Of a DNA stretch of 64,000 nucleotides, positions 7,973 through 17,045 are shown in pieces. The stretch is from Escherichia phage vB_EcoM_IME392: sequence record MH719082.1, one strand, 5' to 3'. Position 1 is the stretch's first letter. Each line of letters starts with the position of its first letter. The translations under genes and the position numbers were made by a program. The notes under the pieces were generated by a model. That model was not told the DNA's origin, ran no database searches, and was given only the letters and a program-made list of their open reading frames with translations.

Positions 7973-8713
7973 TTACTTTAATTCGGAGAGATCTGCGATC
8001 TTCACCTTAGCTGATACATCCCAGATTCCTTCACCAAATCCGGTATCTTCCAGCAGCTTAGGCACTTCACGTTTCTGTACCTTAGATTGCTCGTACTTAA
8101 GCAGAGGAATATTACCGGTCTTATCTGATTGATCCCACAGATAAGTAGCAGCACCGATGTTATCGAACAGTGCGAGATCTGGATTAAACTGGGTAAGGAG
8201 TCGGCAGTCCCAGTGAGACTTATGTTCCTCGAAAGGATTAGTTTCCGTGCCACGCTGACGATACTCATAGTTAGGAGTACCGATCACGATTTTAGCCTTA
8301 GACTGGAATAGCTTAGACAACACCATAAGCCCGTCTTCGCTATCCAGATGCTCCAACACATCCAGCCAGATAATAGTGCCGAATTTATCCAGCTCTTCAA
8401 TAGGAAGATCTTTCAACAGTTCAACGATATTGCAGATATAGATATCGCTATATACATTTACACTGCCTTTGATGTAGTCTTCGCAGATGTCCAGACCTGT
8501 AATCTGACCATCGAATCCTGCGTTACGGAGAGCAAGACCAATTTCTCCACGACCTAATCCCATATCCAGGATTGGCCCGGAGATAATTTCGTTACGGAGC
8601 ATCCATTGGAGAAAGTGCTTCTGGACTAAGTAGGAGGTGCCTCCGTTGCCCAGTGAAGCCTTCGTGACCTTAGTACCAGGAACGAAATTACACTCGATAT
8701 GTTTACCAAACAT
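7973..8713 (-). CDS. SAM-dependent methyltransferase (class I Rossmann)
   Basis: Motif I-like ILDMGLGRGEIGLAL (cf. VLDLGCGTG), and an acidic residue after beta-2 in GLDICED. Confidence 0.55.
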   Translation of the reverse strand: MFGKHIECNFVPGTKVTKASLGNGGTSYLVQKHFLQWMLRNEIISGPILDMGLGRGEIGLALRNAGFDGQITGLDICEDYIKGSVNVYSDIYICNIVELLKDLPIEELDKFGTIIWLDVLEHLDSEDGLMVLSKLFQSKAKIVIGTPNYEYRQRGTETNPFEEHKSHWDCRLLTQFNPDLALFDNIGAATYLWDQSDKTGNIPLLKYEQSKVQKREVPKLLEDTGFGEGIWDVSAKVKIADLSELK

Positions 8714-8736
8714 GTTCTGTCCTCATTAGTTTCGAC

Positions 8737-8770
8737 ACCTTAACAGCCTTTGGAGCCGTAAAAGAAGTGG
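8737..8770 (-). promoter_or_regulatory. Conserved promoter-like element (copy 5) upstream of methyltransferase gene
   Basis: CACCTTAACAGCCTTTGGAGCCGTAAAAGAAGTGG. Preceded, in the direction of transcription, by the terminator at 8781..8812. Confidence 0.5.
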
Positions 8771-8780
8771 TATTGTACAT

Positions 8781-8812
8781 ATTCAAAAATTAGGGTGGCC
8801 GAAGCCACCCTA
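8781..8812 (-). terminator. Rho-independent terminator after topoisomerase medium subunit
   Basis: Minus strand: TAGGGTGGC-UUCG-GCCACCCTA followed by ATTTTTGAAT. Confidence 0.7.
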
Positions 8813-8817
8813 GTTAG

Positions 8818-10065
8818 TTACAGTTTACCGATCATCTTCTGAATCATCTCGTCAGAAGTCTGATTCTCTACCTTAGCACGACGTTCTTGCAGATTAGCAA
8901 TGCGGTCGTCGTGATCTTTCTTACGTAGCATGCTGATGCTACGGCTAAGGCAGGAATTCAACACTTCCTGGGTAATACCGAGAGCTTTGATGATCTGAGC
9001 ATCAGACTTATCCTGCATAACCAGCTCGCCCACTTTAGGAAGAATCTGGTAAATCTCGATGTCTCGGTCAATCTTCTTAAGAGACTCAGTCTTATGGACG
9101 GAGAATGCCTGATTGTAGAGAGCCATCGTGACTGCAATCCAGTCGCGAATACCCATCGTCACCAGTTGACCATTGTAGGCTACCTGGATACGATGCGAGC
9201 GGTTCATGTAAGCAATATTCATGCATGCTTCGTGAACCTCGTCCATATCGATGGTCCTGATACGGGGAGCCTTCATTACTCGGATATAGATCTTATCCTT
9301 GGACATGTTCTTGACCAGGATCTTACCTTCTGATAACCACTTATTCAGGAACCCGATGCGAGGAGTAATTACCTCACCAGACCCGATGATGTCGATGGTG
9401 TCGGTATTGACGCGAGTTACCTTAAGGGTAAGGCCTAAGCGACCTACACCAGTTTCCCATAAGGACTTAAGGTCTGACTTACTCGGCACGATATCATACC
9501 CGTACTGAGCCTTAAGCAGATTATAATCGTCATGCTTGTAGGCTTCCAGCAGACTCTCGTAAGTGAATGCTGGGATACGGGACTGAATACCAGTAGCCCA
9601 TGAGAAGGTACCATACATCAGAGCATACGGAATAGGCACTGGAAGGTATGCGTATTCCATCTTCTCTTCACCTTCAACCTGCGGAACATAGTCCGCTAGA
9701 CCGAAGTAGTATTCTGCACGATCTTCGTTCAGGCCAACCTTCGTGTAACGAGGAGCAGCACCAGGAACTTCTTCCAGCAACTTAACGCCGAAAGATCCCT
9801 GACCATCAATAGCACCGATGCGAGCAAGACGGGAAATAGTCCCATCGATAGACTGGTCACCGAATGGGTGTAGCGACTGAGTTTCTGAGATAGCGCTCAG
9901 AGTCCCCACCAGCTTCCCACGAGCAATGCTATTCAGAGCCATGTAGATACGGCGCTGGGCAGGAATCAGGCCATCGATACCGGGAACTACACGATGAAGA
10001 GCACAATACACACTGTAGTCAGTGTAGTTCTTGGTGATGAATTCAGAAATCTTTACCTGTTCCAT
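8818..10065 (-). CDS. Type II DNA topoisomerase medium subunit (T4 gp52-like, GyrA-type cleavage domain)
   Basis: 415 aa, immediately downstream of the large subunit. The size and position match the T4 gene 39/52 arrangement. Confidence 0.65.
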   Translation of the reverse strand: MEQVKISEFITKNYTDYSVYCALHRVVPGIDGLIPAQRRIYMALNSIARGKLVGTLSAISETQSLHPFGDQSIDGTISRLARIGAIDGQGSFGVKLLEEVPGAAPRYTKVGLNEDRAEYYFGLADYVPQVEGEEKMEYAYLPVPIPYALMYGTFSWATGIQSRIPAFTYESLLEAYKHDDYNLLKAQYGYDIVPSKSDLKSLWETGVGRLGLTLKVTRVNTDTIDIIGSGEVITPRIGFLNKWLSEGKILVKNMSKDKIYIRVMKAPRIRTIDMDEVHEACMNIAYMNRSHRIQVAYNGQLVTMGIRDWIAVTMALYNQAFSVHKTESLKKIDRDIEIYQILPKVGELVMQDKSDAQIIKALGITQEVLNSCLSRSISMLRKKDHDDRIANLQERRAKVENQTSDEMIQKMIGKL

Positions 10066-10067
10066 AA

Positions 10068-12053
10068 TTACTCCTTAAACAGACCGTAGTCTTCTAACAG
10101 TTGGCGACGAGCACGAGATGAGTACAGCAACTTACGAGCGGCATCGAGATGCTCTTCATTATCATCGTAGGTTACCTGGATAAGACGGCGAGATTTCGAG
10201 TTAATGATGAATTGCTCAGTTTCTTCTTCGGTATATGACCCGAGTCCCTTACGACGTTCAACATAGCACTTATCGAAGTCGATCTTATCCTTCTCGTCAG
10301 CGTAGTAGAACTCGGTCTTCTTACCATTCTTAACTACATAGAACGGAGCTTCGAGTTTATACAGACGACCATCTTTAACCAGCTCTGGAGCATGGATAAG
10401 GAAGATTGAGCTAATGAGGTTACTGATGTGCTGACCATCAACATCAAGGTCGGTCATAATGATGATCTTACCGTAACGAGCCTTATCTATGTCAAACATC
10501 TGGCCCATACCACACCCGATAGTATTGATGATCGCCAGCAGCTCTGGGTTATTCACGAATTCCATGATATCCATGGAAGCCGAGTTACGCATCTTACCGC
10601 GAAGAGGAAGCACCGACTGATACTCATTACGCAACTTGATGATATTACCAGAAGCAGACGGACCCTCTGTGATGAACAGCTCACGAAGATCCCAGCGGTC
10701 GGACGGAGATTCGTAGATCTTCGCCATGTCACCATCCATAGCGGCCTTACGGTGATCATCACCCATCACCAGCTTAGACTTAATGAAGTCCATGTTGGAG
10801 AGTTTATTCAGGCTAGCTTTGTAAGCCAGGATCTTGGCAATCAGAGCATCAAAGAATTGCTTATTCTTCTCGTATACCAGGCTGAAGTAGAATGTGAGCT
10901 GACTCAGGCATTCTTTCTCGTAGAAGAAGTACTCGCCATAATAGTCGTAATCGTTGATTTGCTCATCATTCAGCATCAACTTATTCTTAGCCATGATTTC
11001 CCAGTCGCTCCAGGACATACCGAGGCCAGTTAACTTCTCCTTAGTCTGCGAGGAGAATGCTGTACGATAGCTGGAGAAGACGTTAGTGAACACGATCAAT
11101 CCCAGCTTAGCATCACCAACAGTGATAGCAGAGTTAACTTTATTCAGCATACCGCCGAGCGCTCTCGTGACCAGCTTCTCATGCAGACCACCATGCGGGT
11201 TATTGATCAAGTTGATCATGTCTACATGGGAGTAGGACATATTCTTATCAGAGTAGCCCAACTCACCAGAGAAGGTCAGACGATCGTTGAACGAGAACTC
11301 GTACTTGACTGTAGTATCGAGGAACAGCTTCTCATTCTCTGCAACATCACGACGAAAATCCCAGGTAGCCAGAGCTTCACCATTAACGGTGATAGTTGCA
11401 TCACGACCAATCAGGGAGATCTTCAGAGGAACAGTATCCACATCAGACCAGATGCTGCGGTACAGAGTCGCATCAGGCACCATGAAGACTGCTGTGGAGA
11501 AGTCGGTAGCCTTTAACGTCTCGAGCACTTCGTCTGGGAAGCCATCGTCGTGAAGATCATTCAGATCATTGATCACTCCATCGATTTCCATAACACCACG
11601 GCGGAATCCGAGGACATAGAACTGACCTGGCTCCATAGGGATGTGTGCCTTATCTCCCTGCATTACGCGACGGATTACAACGAATCGCTCGGACACTGCG
11701 TTAACAGCGGAGCTACCTACGCCATGGGTACCAGAGGTAATTTCACGGTTATCGCCCAGCTTAGAGCCAGCATGCAGATCTGTTACAGTAGAGAACAGAA
11801 TAGATTTAGACGGATCTTCCGGATCAGCGTAGATAGGAATACCACGTCCGTTATCGGTAACCAACTTGTAGGCTTCACGGTTAATGATCTGCACTAGGTT
11901 AGCATAACCATTAAGCAGCTCGTCCTCCGCATTATTGATTATTTCCTGGAGAGGATGAGTGTAGTTAATCGGGTCACCGAGATACATGGATACGTTCTGA
12001 CGAACGTTATCAGGGTAACGCAATCTTGTGATTTCAATAGCATGTTCTGACAT
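10068..12053 (-). CDS. Type II DNA topoisomerase large subunit (T4 gp39-like, GyrB-type ATPase + TOPRIM)
   Basis: GHKL ATPase motifs EIINNAEDE, DNGRGIP and GTHGVG. TOPRIM IIMTDLDVDGQHI. Confidence 0.85.
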   Translation of the reverse strand: MSEHAIEITRLRYPDNVRQNVSMYLGDPINYTHPLQEIINNAEDELLNGYANLVQIINREAYKLVTDNGRGIPIYADPEDPSKSILFSTVTDLHAGSKLGDNREITSGTHGVGSSAVNAVSERFVVIRRVMQGDKAHIPMEPGQFYVLGFRRGVMEIDGVINDLNDLHDDGFPDEVLETLKATDFSTAVFMVPDATLYRSIWSDVDTVPLKISLIGRDATITVNGEALATWDFRRDVAENEKLFLDTTVKYEFSFNDRLTFSGELGYSDKNMSYSHVDMINLINNPHGGLHEKLVTRALGGMLNKVNSAITVGDAKLGLIVFTNVFSSYRTAFSSQTKEKLTGLGMSWSDWEIMAKNKLMLNDEQINDYDYYGEYFFYEKECLSQLTFYFSLVYEKNKQFFDALIAKILAYKASLNKLSNMDFIKSKLVMGDDHRKAAMDGDMAKIYESPSDRWDLRELFITEGPSASGNIIKLRNEYQSVLPLRGKMRNSASMDIMEFVNNPELLAIINTIGCGMGQMFDIDKARYGKIIIMTDLDVDGQHISNLISSIFLIHAPELVKDGRLYKLEAPFYVVKNGKKTEFYYADEKDKIDFDKCYVERRKGLGSYTEEETEQFIINSKSRRLIQVTYDDNEEHLDAARKLLYSSRARRQLLEDYGLFKE

Positions 12054-12085
12054 AATTTCTCCGGTCAGGTTTAAATAAGCTCACA

Positions 12086-12120
12086 CAGTTTAACAGCCTT
12101 TGGAGGCCTCAAAGGAGCGG
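12086..12120 (-). promoter_or_regulatory. Conserved promoter-like element (copy 6) upstream of topoisomerase large subunit
   Basis: CAGTTTAACAGCCTTTGGAGGCCTCAAAGGAGCGG. Confidence 0.5.
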
Positions 12121-12752
12121 TTCACGAACAGGACTAAATCCTCTACTCTGGACTTATCTACCCACTCTGTTCTTCCTGGTAAGGACCTATTAGACTCGGA
12201 GAAGAAAGATAATCTCACTTTTGATTCTAAATCCACTCCCTCTTCTTTAGGCATCTCGATTAAGATTAGCGGGGTCATACCGATGCCTAATCCATCTAAT
12301 CTTCTTTCTATATTTGAAGTAATCCCATATTTAGCATTTCCAGATTGGTCCAATACGATATAAAAGACCACCTTACCTTCTGGAATGGTAGATATCGCTA
12401 GGTTCTTAATCACAGAGTTAGCGTATTCAGGATTCAACCATCGTTTATGATTTGAAGAGGATATCACTTTAGACATCTTCTTCTGGTAGTTCTCATCTTC
12501 CCACATTTTAATGTTGCGATTAGTCATGGAAACAGACCTAGCCCTGGTGGCGCATTCTGATCTTCCACATGTAGGACGATAGCCCTTAATCACGGATTTA
12601 AAGGAGCAGGGTTTTCCACATGAACATATTTTTACAGGAAAGAATTTTAAGTAATATTCATGCGGAGTTAAGCCATGAGATTTGGCATGGGAGGGAAATG
12701 CCTGGCCTCTTACTTCGGCAGAGCATATTCTACATTTATGATTCATAATCAT
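12090..12752 (-). CDS. Zn-finger / GIY-YIG-like endonuclease (homing-endonuclease-like)
   Basis: Several CxxC pairs at the N-terminus. The C-terminal VVFYIVLDQSGNAKYGITSNIERR fits GIY-(x9-11)-YIG...R. It sits directly upstream of the topoisomerase genes, a known homing-endonuclease hotspot in T4-like phages. Confidence 0.4.
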   Translation of the reverse strand: MIMNHKCRICSAEVRGQAFPSHAKSHGLTPHEYYLKFFPVKICSCGKPCSFKSVIKGYRPTCGRSECATRARSVSMTNRNIKMWEDENYQKKMSKVISSSNHKRWLNPEYANSVIKNLAISTIPEGKVVFYIVLDQSGNAKYGITSNIERRLDGLGIGMTPLILIEMPKEEGVDLESKVRLSFFSESNRSLPGRTEWVDKSRVEDLVLFVNRSFEASKGC

Positions 12753-12990
12753 ACCACTTAGTTAATTCAAGGAAGTCATCCATCGCGGAATTAAAGAAGG
12801 AGTCTATCTCCTTAGCCATTTCCTTGGCGAAGCGACCAGATTCGGTCGACATCACTACCTTAGCCTCGCCCATAGGGTGCTTGACCACTTCGTAGATTCC
12901 CAGATTTGGGTAATACACTATGCTGGATAGGAAGTTTACAGACTTAACCACCACAGTATTGAATTGAGTTACTTCCACCATCTTAATCAT
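12736..12990 (-). CDS. Hypothetical small protein
   Basis: 84-aa ORF in an operon-like array. No recognisable motifs. Confidence 0.35.
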   Translation of the reverse strand: MIKMVEVTQFNTVVVKSVNFLSSIVYYPNLGIYEVVKHPMGEAKVVMSTESGRFAKEMAKEIDSFFNSAMDDFLELTKWYDYES

Positions 12991-13301
12991 GCTTCACCTA
13001 CCATTTTCAGGAAGGTGTCTACCATAATCGGGTCGAAGCTATCGACATCGGCAGTATGCATCAGGGCGGAGAATAATGAGTTAGCCCAGTGCTCCGTAAC
13101 TCCGTCTTTACCTTCGAGAATTACGCAGTACTGATCTTTGGAAGGATGGTACTGAATCTTAGCAACATTGCGATTCGAGGTCAGGACCAAAATCTTGGTT
13201 CCCGAGATAGTGAAGATTCTAGACATATAATAATCCCAAATTAGAAGATCCGCAGCGGGAACGCCCCGCCACCCAAAAGAACGGGCTTTAGGAGGTCCCA
13301 T
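12987..13301 (-). CDS. Hypothetical small protein (true start may be internal)
   Basis: ORF follows a terminator hairpin. Start codon uncertain. Confidence 0.35.
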   Translation of the reverse strand: MGPPKARSFGWRGVPAADLLIWDYYMSRIFTISGTKILVLTSNRNVAKIQYHPSKDQYCVILEGKDGVTEHWANSLFSALMHTADVDSFDPIMVDTFLKMVGEA

Positions 13302-13342
13302 AAATCGTTTTATTTTTCATTATTTGAAAAATAAAATAATCT

Positions 13343-13368
13343 ACACAAAAATGGGGTCCGAAGACCCC
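13343..13368 (-). terminator. Rho-independent terminator after Mre11-Rad50 gene
   Basis: Minus strand: GGGGTC-UUCG-GACCCC followed by ATTTTTGTGTAG. Confidence 0.65.
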
Positions 13369-13373
13369 ATCAA

Positions 13374-16139
13374 CTACTCTTCCATAAACGTAGTTACGTT
13401 ATTGGAAAGGTAGGCACCAATTTTAGTGTTATATCTCTGGAAGGTAGGAACATGGGTAACCAGGATGATGTGGTTAACCGGAATGTCCTGAAGAGCATCA
13501 ATAGCTACGTCCAGAGTATTTACGTCCAGATTTCGCAGAGACTCATCCAGAATCAGACATCCTGCTCCCTTACTGAGGCTAATCAGCTTACCGATGAACA
13601 GTACGTCCACCAGGTTCTGTTGGCCACCAGACAGATCAGCATACGGAATTAACAGATCTCCAACTTTGTATTGAACATCGAAGTCAATCTTGATAGCTCC
13701 GTTAGCCTGTTCACGAACAGTAGAAATTACCATATCTCCACCAGTCATCATAGCAGCTACTTCTTTGAAGATAGAAGCAGTTACATCGCCGCTATTAGTG
13801 AACAGGCTCTGATACTCAACCAGTTTCTGATACTTAGGCTGGAGAATAGCCAACTGCGCATTAGCATCGTCGAGTTTCTTCTGAGCCTCGTCCATACGAG
13901 TCTTCAGACTACGAAGAGTAGCCATAGCGCCGATGGTAGAGTTGATCTCGATTAGCTCCTGCTCCAGCTTAGCCACTTCCTCTTCGAGAACCTGCACGGA
14001 AGGATAGGACTTAGTCTTACTCTTAAGCACTTCCACGTCGCTATTAACGGTATGGATCTTCTGACGAAGAGTAGCCACATCGTTCAGCAGACCGGACTTA
14101 CGTCTTAGTTCGGCTAATTCACTATTCTTAACGTTAAGCTTCTCTCTGAGTTCATCAGACTTAGGAGCCTTACTGATCTCAGCCTCGACAGCATCCAGCT
14201 TAGTAACAGATGCAGATCCTTGGGTTTCGAGATCATCCATCTTAGCTCTGATAGACTTCTCTACTTCTTTAATGTCCTCTTCCTTAAGGGACTGCTTACA
14301 GGTTGGGCACGTAGTAGGGATGTTGCGCATCTCGGTCTCGAGCTTAGTTAACTCCTTCTCTAAGCGAGTTAACTCATTAGTCAGAGATTCACTCTGATTA
14401 TGCAGTGACCGGATGTTACCTTCTACTTCAGATACCTCGGCATCCAGAGTAGTGATTTCGTCCCGGACCTTAGCGAGAGCGGAGTTAACCTCCTCTTCGT
14501 TAAAGTCAATCTTGAACGCAGCCAGAGAATCTTCCAGCATCTGGAGACTCTGTAGCTTACTGTCCAGATTACCCAGCTCACGGATCTTCTGACGAATATC
14601 ATCAATCTGTGGCAGGATTCGAGACTTATCTTCTTCCAGATTACTCACGTCCTTAAGTTTGGAGAAGTCGTGATCCTCCATGGTCTTAAGGACTTCTTCC
14701 TGAGCAGTTACCTGGGTCTGATAGTTACTGATCTCTACCTTACAGTTCTTAGCCGAGGCCTTTGCGACAGCTTCGTACTGGTTAATTACGGTAAGACCGA
14801 GCATCTTCGTGATCAGGTTAATACGTTCGTTGAATCCGAACTGGCTCAAGAACGGAGGACTATTCTGGGAACGATACAGAAGATCGAAGTGTTCGAGGAA
14901 TGGCAACATCTCCCAGAGCTTAGCTTCACGCTCTCGGATACTACCACCATCCATCTCATCACCATCAATCCAGACTCGGAAAGTCTGACCACCAGCCCAA
15001 TGGCGACTGATCAGGAATTCACGACCACCATACTCTAGCATCACTTCTACCAGAAGATGGTCTTGACCGCGTCTCACCACGTTACGAGGACTGTCGCTAC
15101 CAGTTAAGCAGTAGTTAAGAGCTCTCAGCAACGAGGATTTACCGTTACCAGTTTCGCCGTAGAGATAAGTAAGACCTCGCTTAAAGTTAAGCTCCAGCTT
15201 ATCAATACTGCGGAAGTTCTCTACCTTAATACTATTCAAGGTAAAGTTAAGGTCGAAGACCGACTCGGAACGATCAACGTGGGTAGACATCTCATCATGG
15301 ATATCTTTAAGACCCTTTGCCCGAACGACTTTGTCGATTACTTCTTCAACATCGATAGATTTAACTGAGATGCGTGAAGCATCCATCATCTGAGCTCTTT
15401 CACGAACTACCAGATGAGGGTAATTATCCATACCGGCAGGTACTTCATCTTCCCAGTACATCTTGAGGTATTTGTAGGAGTCAGACTCTACCGGAACCCG
15501 CTGCCAGGAAAGATCTTTAAGATCCAGCAGCACCAAGCTACCGTCCTGACAGTCACCCATCCCGTGAGGAATAGGTACGTTAACCGAGTGGGTATGACCG
15601 ATGCTGATAGGACGATGGATGTCACCAGCAAATCCCAGCTCATACTTAGTATCGTCGAACTCCTGACCAAACATAGAGGACAGAGTAATGTGGCCAATAA
15701 GGACATCTACTTTATCTTCGATAAAACTGAAGTCCTGGGTAGGACGCCAGTCGCTAAAGGCGACCTTACGGCCACCTAAGTTCAGGATTTTACCATCGAC
15801 ATATTCTGCCTTACCAGCGAGGATCGGCACCAGTGAGTTCTGGTAGTGATCAGCATCTACTGATTTGGAGTTAATGTCGTGGTTACCCAGAATATAATAA
15901 ATCTCGGTAAACTGCTCACCGAGGATCTCCATAAACTGGGATGTAGCGTGTGCAATTTTAGGCTCATGCTGAGCCTTATGCACTAAGTCGCCAGCGATAG
16001 ACAGACAGGTTACTTTATGTTCCCTGCCCATCTCCGCCATACGATGAGCTAAACCGATAAACTGCTTTAAGCGAAACCCTTCCGAGTTATGCTGCTGAAA
16101 TTCATGGATATGAATATCAGCTACGATCAACATTTTCAT
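13374..16139 (-). CDS. Fused Mre11/SbcD nuclease - Rad50/SbcC ATPase (T4 gp47+gp46 equivalents in one polypeptide)
   Basis: N-terminal phosphoesterase motifs DIHIH, GDLVH, GNHD, GHIT, GDIHRP and GHTH. From about aa 300 onward: Walker A GETGNGKSS, long coiled coils, zinc-hook CPTC, signature LSGGQQN and Walker B LILDE. Confidence 0.75.
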   Translation of the reverse strand: MKMLIVADIHIHEFQQHNSEGFRLKQFIGLAHRMAEMGREHKVTCLSIAGDLVHKAQHEPKIAHATSQFMEILGEQFTEIYYILGNHDINSKSVDADHYQNSLVPILAGKAEYVDGKILNLGGRKVAFSDWRPTQDFSFIEDKVDVLIGHITLSSMFGQEFDDTKYELGFAGDIHRPISIGHTHSVNVPIPHGMGDCQDGSLVLLDLKDLSWQRVPVESDSYKYLKMYWEDEVPAGMDNYPHLVVRERAQMMDASRISVKSIDVEEVIDKVVRAKGLKDIHDEMSTHVDRSESVFDLNFTLNSIKVENFRSIDKLELNFKRGLTYLYGETGNGKSSLLRALNYCLTGSDSPRNVVRRGQDHLLVEVMLEYGGREFLISRHWAGGQTFRVWIDGDEMDGGSIREREAKLWEMLPFLEHFDLLYRSQNSPPFLSQFGFNERINLITKMLGLTVINQYEAVAKASAKNCKVEISNYQTQVTAQEEVLKTMEDHDFSKLKDVSNLEEDKSRILPQIDDIRQKIRELGNLDSKLQSLQMLEDSLAAFKIDFNEEEVNSALAKVRDEITTLDAEVSEVEGNIRSLHNQSESLTNELTRLEKELTKLETEMRNIPTTCPTCKQSLKEEDIKEVEKSIRAKMDDLETQGSASVTKLDAVEAEISKAPKSDELREKLNVKNSELAELRRKSGLLNDVATLRQKIHTVNSDVEVLKSKTKSYPSVQVLEEEVAKLEQELIEINSTIGAMATLRSLKTRMDEAQKKLDDANAQLAILQPKYQKLVEYQSLFTNSGDVTASIFKEVAAMMTGGDMVISTVREQANGAIKIDFDVQYKVGDLLIPYADLSGGQQNLVDVLFIGKLISLSKGAGCLILDESLRNLDVNTLDVAIDALQDIPVNHIILVTHVPTFQRYNTKIGAYLSNNVTTFMEE

Positions 16140-16993
16140 GCCGACTCCAGTATCTTAGCCGTAACGGATCTGTTATATTTACCCAGTACACCATGGAAGT
16201 ACGGAGGGAATCTGAATCCTGGACAGAACTCTTCCAGAGTAGGTAGGATGCGCTGTTGCATCTGTACCTTAGACTCCTGTTCTTTAATGATGCTGTGGAC
16301 TTCTGTATCGGTTAGGATTCTGTCTAGACGCATCAGTTCCATATTAGAACGAATACGGAATTCAACCGATTGGCTTAAGCTACCATCTTTGTAGGCATTA
16401 ATCGCCTCCTTAACAGTGCTTAATCCAGTAGCCACTCCTGGAATGTTGTCGGAGCCGTCCCCGACGATGGCTTTGTAGATGAGATAATCCTTATGATCGT
16501 CCAGATCGTAGGTCTTCATTAACCAAGGAAGATCCACTAAACCATCGTCAGGATTTAAGACACAAGTATTCTCATTAATTGATAAGTACCAGTCACGGTC
16601 ACGAGAATGCAACATAACCGGACGTCCTGAATGAGCATAGTAGTAGCCTAAATCATCGGCTTCCACACCAGACACCTGGATACACTTAATACCCAATGCT
16701 GGGAAGATCTGCTCATGAAGTACATTCATAGCAGCCCACAATGCCTCAAAGCTCTCGTCATACTCACGATTAGCTTTATACTCCGGATTCTTATCTTTAG
16801 GCCTGTATCTCCACTTGCCTCGATCATATAGCATGATTAGCTCGGAGTTATATCCGTCTTCCTTAATCAACTTCGCTACACTACCAATAGTGGAGGAGAC
16901 CGTAGGACCTAAGTCCTGGGACTTACCGGCTGCGAACCAGTTACGAAGAGTCAGCCACTGACAATCGACTGGTATTAACGGGATGTCATTCAT
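16136..16993 (-). CDS. RNase H / 5'-3' flap endonuclease (T4 rnh / FEN family)
   Basis: Motifs YKANR and GVEADDLGYYY (cf. Pol I 5' nuclease GYEADD). Confidence 0.7.
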   Translation of the reverse strand: MNDIPLIPVDCQWLTLRNWFAAGKSQDLGPTVSSTIGSVAKLIKEDGYNSELIMLYDRGKWRYRPKDKNPEYKANREYDESFEALWAAMNVLHEQIFPALGIKCIQVSGVEADDLGYYYAHSGRPVMLHSRDRDWYLSINENTCVLNPDDGLVDLPWLMKTYDLDDHKDYLIYKAIVGDGSDNIPGVATGLSTVKEAINAYKDGSLSQSVEFRIRSNMELMRLDRILTDTEVHSIIKEQESKVQMQQRILPTLEEFCPGFRFPPYFHGVLGKYNRSVTAKILESA

Positions 16994-17007
16994 AGTCTAC
17001 CTAGAGC

Positions 17008-17036
17008 GTCAAAAATAAAGGGACCGAAGTCCCTTT
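17008..17036 (-). terminator. Rho-independent terminator after SSB-like gene
   Basis: Minus strand: AAAGGGAC-UUCG-GTCCCTTT followed by ATTTTTGACG. Confidence 0.7.
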
Positions 17037-17045
17037 ATTAGTTAA

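Noticed and set aside
10428-11897. Several plus-strand ORFs (10428..11033, 11181..11516, 11287..11553, 11550..11897) inside the topoisomerase large-subunit gene
   Set aside because: They are antisense or alternative-frame shadows of a gene with unambiguous GHKL/TOPRIM motifs.
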